From an uncultured Bacillales bacterium (lineage in GTDB: Bacteria; Bacillota_I; Bacilli_A; RF39; UBA660): a stretch of DNA of 64,000 nucleotides. Shown here piece after piece: positions 20,823-29,670 of the stretch. Every line of letters starts with the position of its first letter. Position 1 is the first letter of the stretch. The position numbers were made by a program, and so were the translations under genes. The notes beneath the pieces were generated by a model that was given only the letters and a program-made list of their open reading frames with translations, had not been told where the DNA came from and did no database searches. The stretch is taken from positions 475,243 to 539,242 of the forward strand of contig CAMNEE010000001.1 in assembly GCA_946536225.1 (NCBI GenBank). The letters are read 5' to 3'.

Positions 20823-21578
20823 ATGAGCAAATATACAGAAATACTTGAAAAAGTACAAGGTTATCTTCAAGATAATAACAATCCTGAATTAAAAGAAGGA
20901 GAAATAACATTATACGATTTATACAATATCGTAGATGAAGCTACTAAAGAACTATATAAAAAGAAAGAAGCAGATGAACTACTACAAAAAGTTAACAAAG
21001 AAAACTCAATTGTTAAAAAAGTAGGAAGACTCTTTAAAAAGAAAGAAATATGTGATAGATTTGGAAGTATTTCTTTAAATATGGATGAAAAAGATGTTCA
21101 TATGTGTTTTTATAGTGGGATGTATAACTGGTATGATGTATACTTAGATAGTGAAACAGGTGAATTATATTCTAAATGTCCAAATAATGTTTATTTAGAA
21201 ATAATAGATAAGCATTATGATGAAATACGTGATATTTTAGTTTCTCTTGAAGAATTTAGAAGTTTAACTGGAATGACTAAATCTTCTCTTTCTAGTGATG
21301 ATGGCACTGTTAAACAAGAAATTGATGATGGATTTATTAATGCAACTCTTAATTTGACTTCTTATGGTTGGTTAAAATTAGATATTTGTGTTAGTAAGAA
21401 ATTTGATCCAGATGGAGTTTCAAAGAGAAATTATTATGAAAAAGATGCAATTCAAGATGTTATTGATAAAAATGATATGACTATTGCTAAGAACATTTTA
21501 GTTGATGAAAATAAGTTAGCTTCTGGATATAAGAAAATACTTAATAGACGTAAAAATAAAAAAGAAGATGATAAATAG
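20823..21578 (+). CDS. Hypothetical protein
   Basis: ORF with AAGGTG RBS and own promoter/terminator. Confidence 0.6.
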   Translation: MSKYTEILEKVQGYLQDNNNPELKEGEITLYDLYNIVDEATKELYKKKEADELLQKVNKENSIVKKVGRLFKKKEICDRFGSISLNMDEKDVHMCFYSGMYNWYDVYLDSETGELYSKCPNNVYLEIIDKHYDEIRDILVSLEEFRSLTGMTKSSLSSDDGTVKQEIDDGFINATLNLTSYGWLKLDICVSKKFDPDGVSKRNYYEKDAIQDVIDKNDMTIAKNILVDENKLASGYKKILNRRKNKKEDDK

Positions 21579-21646
21579 AAGGATATAGAAATATATCTTT
21601 CTTTTTAAAATAAAAGATATTAATTTTAAAAAAACGAGGTGACAAT

Positions 21647-22315
21647 GTGTATAAAGAAATAAATGAAAATAGAGTTAAACGTACTTTTTCTGAAAAGTAT
21701 AGATTATCAGCTGAAAGAATAGAAAAGTATGGTTTTAATCTTTATCATGGTATTAGATTTGATGATATTAATAGACTTGAGTCAATTCTTCAAACAGGTG
21801 CTATTCTACCTAGTAGTAAGATTAAAGACTCATTTGTGTCATTTGATGGAACGGTTAAAGACTTATATATATGGTGTGATAGTGATGAAAACTGTAATAG
21901 GGGTAAATTTGTAAGTGTAATGCCTGATGAAGATGATTTAGAGTTTAGAGTATTTGTTAGAGAACATATATTTTTTGCTATTAAAGGTTCAATAAAAGCA
22001 TATGAAACAACACATGTTTCTTATGATGAATACTGTGAAATAAAAGATAAAAGTGAAGATTATTATAGTTATGCTTTTAATGAATATTTTGTTCCTGAAG
22101 GAGTATCTTTAGATGATGTTCTTTATATTGGAATTGATTCTAGATTCTATTCAGGAGATTATGAAAAAACAGTTAAAGATGTAATAAATTTATTAAAGGT
22201 ATATAAAATAGAAATACCATTTAAGGACTTTAGTACTAATGAAGAAATATTTTGTTATAAGAGTGAAGAAAATAATAAAAAAAGAACTAAAAAAATAAAA
22301 GAAACTAATCATTAA
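21647..22315 (+). CDS. Hypothetical protein, possible ADP-ribosyltransferase fold
   Basis: LYHG...ILQTGAILP...FVSV...NEYFV...LDDVLYI resembles the His/Ser/Glu strand order of ART-fold proteins (by eye). Confidence 0.45.
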   Translation: MYKEINENRVKRTFSEKYRLSAERIEKYGFNLYHGIRFDDINRLESILQTGAILPSSKIKDSFVSFDGTVKDLYIWCDSDENCNRGKFVSVMPDEDDLEFRVFVREHIFFAIKGSIKAYETTHVSYDEYCEIKDKSEDYYSYAFNEYFVPEGVSLDDVLYIGIDSRFYSGDYEKTVKDVINLLKVYKIEIPFKDFSTNEEIFCYKSEENNKKRTKKIKETNH

Positions 22316-22380
22316 TGTTATAATTAATTTTGTATAGAAAGGTAAATAGTAATAATACTATTTTGTTAGGGAGGAAAATT

Positions 22381-23187
22381 ATGTTATTACCACTTTTAGA
22401 GTCTTATAATGCATTAGGAAGACCATCATTTGAATTAATAAAATCAAAAGAAGAATTAGAAAGTGCTATTAAAAAATATAGAGGAATACTTGTGCCTGAG
22501 GTAACAGAGTATCTTGATTCACTTGTTAATCTAGAATTTTCTGTTTTAAGAAATGATATTATTAGTGAACAAGATAGATATGCTTTGTCACAACTTGATA
22601 TTTATAAAAGTCTTGCTCAATATAATGTATATCATAGAGCAATAAATATTTTTAAGAATCAAAAAGATGTTCGACTTCTTACAAATGATAACTCTCGTTC
22701 TGGAGTTGAAGCAGATGCTCTTTTTGGAGAATCTCAAGAGATTATGTATGTATTTAATCATAATGATAAAACGAGTGATTATGGCTCTATTAAAATAGCA
22801 AGAATAAAAGAAAACGATGGACAAAGAGAAAATGAAATTAAAGATCTTGAAAGAGAATTAAGATTTACATCTGTAGGTAATTTAAAACCTAGTGTAGATG
22901 CTGATGGTAGGGCTTTAATTGGTGCTAACTCTATGGCATATTCAATATATGAATCTAAAGTTGATGCTCTTAAAAATAAAATTGAAAAATTAAAAAATGC
23001 GAGTTCTTTAAGTGATGATGATAAGAGAATTATGGAACTTACAAATTATTTTCATGATTTAATACTAGATGACTATGGTATAAAGTTAAATGATGATGAA
23101 ATGAAAGAAAAATCAGCTCATACAACACAAAAACAAAAAGTTCTTGCACCACATTTTGATGTTTATAGATATACTTTATATAAATAA
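22381..23187 (+). CDS. Hypothetical protein
   Basis: GGGAGG RBS before ATG 22381. Confidence 0.6.
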   Translation: MLLPLLESYNALGRPSFELIKSKEELESAIKKYRGILVPEVTEYLDSLVNLEFSVLRNDIISEQDRYALSQLDIYKSLAQYNVYHRAINIFKNQKDVRLLTNDNSRSGVEADALFGESQEIMYVFNHNDKTSDYGSIKIARIKENDGQRENEIKDLERELRFTSVGNLKPSVDADGRALIGANSMAYSIYESKVDALKNKIEKLKNASSLSDDDKRIMELTNYFHDLILDDYGIKLNDDEMKEKSAHTTQKQKVLAPHFDVYRYTLYK

Positions 23188-23271
23188 AAAATAAATACGA
23201 ATGTATTTATTTTTTTATTTGAGGTTTAAACTATAATCTATGCTATAATAGTCTATGTACAAGGTGATAAT

Positions 23272-23688
23272 ATGGATGATATACTTGGATATGACTGTGA
23301 TGGTAAAGAAATATATGAGTATAGAATACTTCGTGCTATTTGGTCAAATGATATAGATATAGAAGAGTTAGTTGATGCTGATCCTAGACAATATTGTGCT
23401 TTAATAGGTGATGATGGTAAAGCATATGCAATAAGTGTTTTTGATAATTGGCATAAAGATTTAATTAGAAAAAGAGAAAAAATAAAAGATGATGAAGAAA
23501 TCCCTACAATAGTTAAACCAATAAGTGAAATGGTAAACTATGAAGTAGCAGAGTGTTATGATGGTGAACTATATTATGAGTTTGATCGTTATGATTTAAA
23601 GAAAAGACTAAATAGTATTTTAAAAAATAATAAAATAAAGGTATTACTTAAAACTAATAAAAGAAAAGGTGATAATTATGGAAAATAA
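23272..23688 (+). CDS. Hypothetical protein (weak YopX-like GxDxxGKEIYE motif)
   Basis: ILGYDCDGKEIYEYRIL; TGCTATAAT promoter and AAGGTG RBS. Confidence 0.5.
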   Translation: MDDILGYDCDGKEIYEYRILRAIWSNDIDIEELVDADPRQYCALIGDDGKAYAISVFDNWHKDLIRKREKIKDDEEIPTIVKPISEMVNYEVAECYDGELYYEFDRYDLKKRLNSILKNNKIKVLLKTNKRKGDNYGK

Positions 23689-23932
23689 TGATAATAATAA
23701 AAAAACTTATACTATTAAAGAAATACTTGAAAGAGAACCTAAAAGAACTGAAGATAGTCTAGAATATAGAAAAGCAGTTCGCGCTACAAATGAAAAAATA
23801 AGAGAATATGAATTATCTCAAGCTAGAATGTATGCTGAAGCTGATAAATATGTATCAATGAGTTTTTCTAGTATAGTTAGAAAAAACGGTAAGGTTTTAT
23901 CTAGAAAACCTAAAAAGAAAAAATTATTTTAA
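23678..23932 (+). CDS. Small hypothetical protein with basic C-tail
   Basis: AAGGTG RBS, overlaps previous stop. Confidence 0.55.
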   Translation: MENNDNNKKTYTIKEILEREPKRTEDSLEYRKAVRATNEKIREYELSQARMYAEADKYVSMSFSSIVRKNGKVLSRKPKKKKLF

Positions 23933-23983
23933 AGGCTTATAAATTAAGAACATTATTTAAAGTAAATAAAAAAGGATGAAAAT

Positions 23984-25678
23984 ATGATAAATTTTAATGA
24001 TATTAAATATGAAAGACTAGATTATGATAAAACTAAAATTAAGATTAATGGTTTATTAGGTAAACTTACTTGTTCTAATGATCCAGAACAATATACCCAA
24101 ATTGTAAAAGAAATAATTAATATTCAAAATCATATTGAAGAAATGTATGATTATGCAGATATTAATAATATGAGAAACGCTAAAGATGAATTTTTCTCTA
24201 ATGAAATGGATTATTGGAATGCTAATAAAGTTAAATATGATTCATTATTTATTCCTTTTTACAATGAAATAAATAACTCAAAGTATAAAGAAGAATTAAA
24301 GCGTGTTTTACCGGCTAATTTCTTTAGAATAATTGAATATCAAATGAGAGTAACAAGTGATGAGATTGCTGATTTAGTTAAAAAAGAAAATGAATTAATG
24401 ATGAAATGCAGAAAATTAAATCTTGCTAAATTAGATTATGATGGTGAAGAAAAAACAATAGGAAAAATTAGTGCTGACTTCAGCAGTAAAGATAGAAGTG
24501 TAAGAAAAAAAGCACATGATTTTATAAATGATTACTATTATGATAATCAAGAAGAATATGACAAAATTCTATTTGAACTTGTTAAGGTTAGAAATGAAAT
24601 AGCTAAAAAGCTTGGATTTAAAAATGCAGTTGAATATAGTATTTATAAACTAAAAAGATTTGATTATGATTATTCAGATATAACTAAATTTAGAAATAAT
24701 ATAATTAAATACATTATTCCTGTTTGTAATACATTAAATGAATGGAAAAAGGAAGAACTAGGAATAGATGAATTAAAATATTATGACACAGTATTCTTTA
24801 CTGAGATGCCTAAACCCAAATATGAAGGTGAAGAGTTACTTGAACATTTGATGGAATCATTTAAAGAAGTTGATGAAGAACTATCTAAAATGTTTAATTT
24901 TATGTTAGAAAATGGTTATATCGATTTTGTTTCTAGAAGTGATAAAGTTAATTTTTCTATTACGAATTATTTAGTTGAAACATGTGTACCAGTTGTTACA
25001 GGTAATTATAAAGGTACTTATTTTGATGTAAAAACCACAACTCATGAAATAGGACATTCTTTTCAAAAGTATTGTGCATCTAAAGAAGATAAGAAAAAAA
25101 TTGTTTCTGCTTTATTGAAATATCCAACCATGGAAGTTGCTGAAATATTTTCTTATGCTATGGAATTTATTATGATGAATCATCTAGGTAATATTTTTAG
25201 TGAAGAAGATTATAAAAAATATTGTTTCCTTAAAATGTATAATTTTATAAATGATTTACCACAAAGATGCTTAGTAGATGAATTTCAACAAGTAATATAT
25301 TCTAAAGAAGATTTAAAGTTAGAAGATATTAGAAAAACTTGGTTAGAATTATCCCATAAATATAATATGGATAAAACGAATGATGGACATATTAATTTAA
25401 GTACAGGTGGAACTTTTTATAGTGTTTCTCATATATACTATAATCCATTTTATTATATAGATTATGCTCTTGCTTGTTTTGATGCATTATCTATTTGGGA
25501 TAAATGTGATAAAAATATAGGTTTATTTAAAGAAATAGGAGGAGTTGCATCATATTACTCATTTAAAGAATTAATTGATAAATATAATATGCCTAATCCT
25601 TTTGATGAAAAGACTGTAGAAGAAGTATCAAAAAAATTAGAAAAAGAATTAAAAAATAATAGAATAATTAGAAAGTAA
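23984..25678 (+). CDS. M3-family oligoendopeptidase (PepF-like)
   Basis: THEIGH HExxH motif, EVAEIFS, HIYYNPFYYIDY. Confidence 0.88.
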   Translation: MINFNDIKYERLDYDKTKIKINGLLGKLTCSNDPEQYTQIVKEIINIQNHIEEMYDYADINNMRNAKDEFFSNEMDYWNANKVKYDSLFIPFYNEINNSKYKEELKRVLPANFFRIIEYQMRVTSDEIADLVKKENELMMKCRKLNLAKLDYDGEEKTIGKISADFSSKDRSVRKKAHDFINDYYYDNQEEYDKILFELVKVRNEIAKKLGFKNAVEYSIYKLKRFDYDYSDITKFRNNIIKYIIPVCNTLNEWKKEELGIDELKYYDTVFFTEMPKPKYEGEELLEHLMESFKEVDEELSKMFNFMLENGYIDFVSRSDKVNFSITNYLVETCVPVVTGNYKGTYFDVKTTTHEIGHSFQKYCASKEDKKKIVSALLKYPTMEVAEIFSYAMEFIMMNHLGNIFSEEDYKKYCFLKMYNFINDLPQRCLVDEFQQVIYSKEDLKLEDIRKTWLELSHKYNMDKTNDGHINLSTGGTFYSVSHIYYNPFYYIDYALACFDALSIWDKCDKNIGLFKEIGGVASYYSFKELIDKYNMPNPFDEKTVEEVSKKLEKELKNNRIIRK

Positions 25679-25730
25679 TAATAGGATACTATAAAAAATA
25701 ATAATTGCTATTATGTTTTACATTCAATCA

Positions 25731-25764
25731 AGTAGGAGAAATCCTACTTTTTTGATATAATTAA
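25731..25764 (+). repeat. Terminator + extended -10, direct repeat copy 1 (copy 2 at 29610-29644)
   Basis: AGTAGGAGAAATCCTACTTTTT identical over 22 nt in both copies, each followed by TGnTATAATTAA. Confidence 0.85.
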
Positions 25765-25867
25765 AATTGATGAAAATTAGTGAAAATATAGTAATTTTAA
25801 ATTAAAAATCACTTAGGAATTGGTATGGTGAGAGTAGTTAGTCAAGGCCAAAAAAAGAGGTGGGATA

Positions 25868-26422
25868 ATGGAAACTATAATTATAAACGAAACAAAATTA
25901 CATGATGATGATATTCAAAAGTTTGGTAATAAAGTAAGAGTAGTTTTATTATCTGATAATAAAATATTAGTCTCGCATTATGGTGGAGTTATTTTATTAC
26001 CAGGTGGTTCAATTGACAAAGGTGAAACAGCAGATGATGCAATTATTAGAGAATTAAAAGAAGAAACAGGAATTGTCTATGATGCAAATAGTTTAAAAGA
26101 ATTATTGTTTCTTGAGTTCTACCAACCTAATTATCCAACCAGAAGAGATGAGGTTATTAATAGATTAATAAGAACCAAATTTTATTTTGGTCAATACAGA
26201 GGTATTGATTTAAAAAGCATTAATAGAACTGAAAATGAAGTGAAAGATAATTTTCGGTTAGATTTAATAGATTTAGATGAGTTTGCTTCATTGATAAATG
26301 AAGCATCTGAAAATCCAAGAAAAAAATATTTTGATAGAGAGAATCAAGAAGTAATAAAGGTATTAAAAAAAGTTAGAAATTTAAGGGAGCTGATCCAAAT
26401 GAATAAAATAAAACTAATATAA
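25868..26422 (+). CDS. NUDIX hydrolase
   Basis: LPGGSIDKGETADDAIIRELKEETG Nudix box. Confidence 0.9.
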   Translation: METIIINETKLHDDDIQKFGNKVRVVLLSDNKILVSHYGGVILLPGGSIDKGETADDAIIRELKEETGIVYDANSLKELLFLEFYQPNYPTRRDEVINRLIRTKFYFGQYRGIDLKSINRTENEVKDNFRLDLIDLDEFASLINEASENPRKKYFDRENQEVIKVLKKVRNLRELIQMNKIKLI

Positions 26423-26432
26423 ATTGGTTGAG
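26374..26432 (+). repeat. Degenerate copy 1 of rbgA RBS and first codons (att-like junction)
   Basis: TAGAAATTTAAGGGAGCTGATCCAAATGAAT-AAAATAAAACTAATATAAATTGGT versus rbgA TAG-ATTTAAAGGAGATGACTCTCATGAATGAAAATAAAACTAATATTAACTGGT. Confidence 0.8.
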
Positions 26433-26470
26433 AACAGCTTTATCTTAACAAGAAAAAAAGGTGAAATATA

Positions 26471-27826
26471 ATGAGTATAGAATCAGTAATTGATAATTTA
26501 AATAAAGATTACATATATGAAGAAGGAATCTTTGATTGTAGAAAACTTTATCAAAATAAGAAAAAAGTATTATTTTTATGTTTGGATCGATATTTGAAAC
26601 AAAATCCGAATATAGATTATAAAAAAGTTTTGCAATTGTTTTATAATAAAATTGGTTTTGGTGAAGCAATAGAATATAATTCAAATATATTTGCTTCTAC
26701 TAATATTTTTGATGAACAATTTATTAATAATCTTATTTTTTTGATGATTAATAATAAGTCTTTAAAAAGTTATAATAATATAAAAAACTATTTTGAAATA
26801 AAAAGTGAATTATGTAATAATTTATACAAAAATATGGATGATTCTATGTTGTATTCGTTTGAATATGATGGTGAATGGTTAACTTTTAATGATAAAGAAA
26901 AATATTTGAAGTGCTTAATTTTTATAAAAAAGTATAATGTTAGTATAAATTTTGTTGAGGATTTTTTATATGCATTTAATAACGATATAGAAAACATAGA
27001 AGTTCCAAAGAGAATATCTGATTTATTTAAAGAAATATCATATATTTATAATACAAATAATATAAATGAGTTAAAACAAATATTTGAAAATAGTTCGACT
27101 AAAGAAGTTATCGATTTTTATGGATTATATAATAATTTAGCTGATGTTTTTTCAAGTATTTATTTAGAAAATTGTTATAAACCTCAAAAAGAGGATTTAT
27201 TAAAAGAAGTTGATGGTATTCAAATATATGAAGCTCCAGAAGAATGTTTTATGTTTGTACATGTTTTGGGAGGCTTTTTCTTCGATAGAATTAATATAAA
27301 TAGTGGATATAAAAATGATTGGAATTCTAGAAAAGAAAATTTTATTAGTATGTCTGCTATAGGACCCGAGTTTTCTGAAACCTGCGACATAAAGGACGTT
27401 TGTTATGGATTTTATAGTTTTAATGCTAGTGATATATTAGGTTCTTCTACTAAAAATCTAGGTATGCATCAACATACAGACAGTTATGATTATTTTTATC
27501 CGTATCCTTCTGTATCCCTATTTGGAGATAATAGAGGTTATGATAAATTTTGCTTGCCTCATAATTTATTGATTGAATCAAAAAAAATACATAATCCTAA
27601 TTCTCATATTCACGAAAATGAAGTAGCATATAAGAGATATGATAAAAACGGAAAAATAATTCAACCTGACTATATAATATATTTTAGTGATGATAATAAT
27701 GAAGAATTATTTCAAAAAAGTATGATAGCTGCTAAAGAATTTAATGTTCCTATAGTAATGGTAAGTAAGAAAAAATGGTTAAAATATGAGAATAATTTTA
27801 ATGAGATTAATAATAAAATGAGATAA
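26471..27826 (+). CDS. Hypothetical protein, C-terminal domain possibly ART-like
   Basis: MFVHV...FISMSAI...VCYGF...HENEVAYKR...QPDYIIYF pattern; Asn/Ile/Tyr-rich, very AT-rich coding. Confidence 0.5.
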   Translation: MSIESVIDNLNKDYIYEEGIFDCRKLYQNKKKVLFLCLDRYLKQNPNIDYKKVLQLFYNKIGFGEAIEYNSNIFASTNIFDEQFINNLIFLMINNKSLKSYNNIKNYFEIKSELCNNLYKNMDDSMLYSFEYDGEWLTFNDKEKYLKCLIFIKKYNVSINFVEDFLYAFNNDIENIEVPKRISDLFKEISYIYNTNNINELKQIFENSSTKEVIDFYGLYNNLADVFSSIYLENCYKPQKEDLLKEVDGIQIYEAPEECFMFVHVLGGFFFDRININSGYKNDWNSRKENFISMSAIGPEFSETCDIKDVCYGFYSFNASDILGSSTKNLGMHQHTDSYDYFYPYPSVSLFGDNRGYDKFCLPHNLLIESKKIHNPNSHIHENEVAYKRYDKNGKIIQPDYIIYFSDDNNEELFQKSMIAAKEFNVPIVMVSKKKWLKYENNFNEINNKMR

Positions 27827-27860
27827 CTCTCATGAATGAAAATTAATATAAAATGGTTGG
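27820..27860 (+). repeat. Degenerate copy 2 of rbgA 5' end
   Basis: GAGATAACTCTCATGAATGAAAAT matches rbgA GAGATGACTCTCATGAATGAAAAT at 23/24, then a short deletion and TAATATAAAATGGTTGG. Confidence 0.8.
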
Positions 27861-27908
27861 TTTGTAATATGTTGACACATTTTATATCAATAAAAAGAGG
27901 TGAAGTAT

Positions 27909-28520
27909 ATGAAATATTTAGGAAGTAAAACTATAGAAACTGATAGGTTAATACTTAAAGCACAAACTATGGAGGAACAAAAATATTTATGGAGCGTATT
28001 AATGATTCCAGATGTTAATAGATATTATTTAACTGTTCCTAAAAAGTATGCTGAAAAGTTAAAAGATTGGAATAAACAAGAAGATTATTATAAAGAGGAT
28101 ATGAAACATGCTAATGACTTAGATGTATTTAGATGGAGTGTATTCTTAAAAGATACTGGAGAATGTATTGGTAGAGTTTCATGCCATGAAGCAAAAAGTG
28201 AAGATTATGAAATAGATGATCAAAGTATAAGAGGTGTTGGATGGTATATTGATCCTAAGTATAAAGGTCATGGATATGGTAATGAGGCAGCTCAGGCTAT
28301 GATGGATTATATGTTTAATGAATGTGAAATAGAAGGAATAAAAACAGGGGCTGCAATTCAAAATCCAGCTTCATGGATGATAATGGAAAAATTTGGATTT
28401 GTTAGATTAGATAAAACAAAAATGGTAGAATATACATATGTTGATGAACCTGTTGAAGATTATCAATATTATTTGACAAAAGAAATGTATTTTGAAAATA
28501 AAAACTGCTTAAAAAGGTAA
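27909..28520 (+). CDS. GNAT N-acetyltransferase (RimJ/RimL type)
   Basis: IETDRLIL, VGWYIDPKYKGHGYG, NPASWMIMEKFGF. Confidence 0.88.
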   Translation: MKYLGSKTIETDRLILKAQTMEEQKYLWSVLMIPDVNRYYLTVPKKYAEKLKDWNKQEDYYKEDMKHANDLDVFRWSVFLKDTGECIGRVSCHEAKSEDYEIDDQSIRGVGWYIDPKYKGHGYGNEAAQAMMDYMFNECEIEGIKTGAAIQNPASWMIMEKFGFVRLDKTKMVEYTYVDEPVEDYQYYLTKEMYFENKNCLKR

Positions 28521-28526
28521 AATTGA

Positions 28527-28637
28527 GTTCTTGCAAGTTTTATAAAAAAAGAAGAAAAATTAAGGAAAAGAAGAATAAACCCTGATGGTACATGGGGAGA
28601 TACAGTTTTTTATTTCATAACTAAAAATGAATTATAA
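28527..28637 (+). pseudogene. C-terminal remnant of a second RimJ/RimL-type GNAT
   Basis: Start-less frame VLASFIKKEEKLRKRRINPDGTWGDTVFYFITKNEL* resembling the E-G-x-L-R...DGxWxD...Y tail of this family. Confidence 0.55.
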
Positions 28638-28655
28638 ATTAATGAGTTGGTAGGA

Positions 28656-28690
28656 ATGAATGAAAGTAAAACTAATATAAACTGCTTGAG
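28656..28690 (+). repeat. Degenerate copy 3 of rbgA 5' end
   Basis: ATGAATGAAAGTAAAACTAATATAAACTG versus rbgA ATGAATGAAAATAAAACTAATATTAACTG (2 mismatches in 29). Confidence 0.85.
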
Positions 28691-28741
28691 CATGATTTAA
28701 CTAACCCCTTTATATAATAAGGGCTTTTTACTTTTACTGAG

Positions 28742-28769
28742 TGTTCGGAAAATGGTAATCTTACGATGT
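28742..28769 (+). repeat. Left member of an inverted 28-bp dyad site pair
   Basis: TGTTCGGAAAATGGTAATCTTACGATGT; last 14 nt are the exact reverse complement of 29578-29591. Confidence 0.75.
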
Positions 28770-28809
28770 AATTAAGTATTAAAAGATATGGTATAATACT
28801 ATCAAGGAA

Positions 28810-29586
28810 GTGATTATTTTGAATAAAAAAACTTGGATTGGTGTTGGGATAATACTTGTAGCAGTTATATTCGTTCTTATTATAATTATTTCCAAAAATG
28901 AAAAATCAGATGGAGATATAATAAAAGAGTATATTGAACAGAATGAGATGTGTAACAACAATGGTAAAAGTTCTTACATTAAAGATAATGTTGCATACAT
29001 TCATTGTATTGGCGAAAAAGGAAATATTATAAAATATACAAGTCATAACAAAAAAGTAGATAAAGAGGTATTAGAATTAGATTATAGTAATACTCCTAAT
29101 ATAAGTCAGTTACATATAACTATTGATGAAGTTGATAATAACTATATCTATTTGAAATCTGCCGTTAAAGTGAACGATTCAGTAAAAGATGGGGAATATG
29201 TCAAATGTTCTTTATTATCTAAAAAATGTGAATATTATAATAAAAGAGAAATAACTAATGTAGAAAATGTAAGTATAAGTATTTCAGATATTTCACTAAC
29301 TGGAGCTACTATAACAATAAAAGATACAAATAAAAAACCTTATGTTTATGGAGAATGGTATAGAATAGAAAAGGAAGATAATGGAGAATGGTTTGCACTA
29401 GAAACTAAAATTGGAAATTATGGATTTAACGATTTAGGATATGAAGTTGATAAAAACAATGAAGTTAAATTTGTTATTGATTGGAAAAAATTATATGGAG
29501 AATTACCATTAGGAAGTTATAGAATAGTTAAACAAGTAAATAATCAATACATATATGTAGATTTTGGTATAGCAACAACATCGTAA
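28810..29586 (+). CDS. Membrane-anchored protein with C-terminal bacterial Ig-like domain
   Basis: N-terminal TM; YGEWYRIEK...IDWKKLYGELPLGSYRIVK motif. Confidence 0.7.
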   Translation: MIILNKKTWIGVGIILVAVIFVLIIIISKNEKSDGDIIKEYIEQNEMCNNNGKSSYIKDNVAYIHCIGEKGNIIKYTSHNKKVDKEVLELDYSNTPNISQLHITIDEVDNNYIYLKSAVKVNDSVKDGEYVKCSLLSKKCEYYNKREITNVENVSISISDISLTGATITIKDTNKKPYVYGEWYRIEKEDNGEWFALETKIGNYGFNDLGYEVDKNNEVKFVIDWKKLYGELPLGSYRIVKQVNNQYIYVDFGIATTS

Positions 29587-29605
29587 GATTAAGATATTAC
29601 GAACT
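29578..29605 (-). repeat. Right member of the inverted 28-bp dyad site pair
   Basis: Reverse complement AGTTCGTAATATCTTAATCTTACGATGT; internal TCGTAA...TTACGA dyad. Confidence 0.75.
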
Positions 29606-29609
29606 GACG

Positions 29610-29644
29610 AGTAGGAGAAATCCTACTTTTTATGTTATAATTAA
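29610..29644 (+). repeat. Terminator + extended -10 promoter of rbgA, direct repeat copy 2
   Basis: AGTAGGAGAAATCCTACTTTTTATGTTATAATTAA. Confidence 0.85.
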
Positions 29645-29670
29645 TTATAGATTTAAAGGAGATGACTCTC

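Noticed and set aside
25694-25721. AAAAATAATAA-TTGCTA-TTATGTTTTAC, partial resemblance to a chromosomal dif site
   Set aside because: Only ATAA and TTATGTT match; the outer arms do not, such matches are easy at this AT content, and gene orientation does not switch here.
25770-25805. 11-codon ORF MKISENIVILN right after the duplicated promoter
   Set aside because: No RBS, too short to support; may be a leaderless or decayed start but cannot be shown from sequence.
18905-29600. Prophage or ICE interpretation of the accessory block
   Set aside because: No integrase, terminase, capsid, relaxase, coupling protein or transposase motifs recognised; the single YopX-like motif is too weak.
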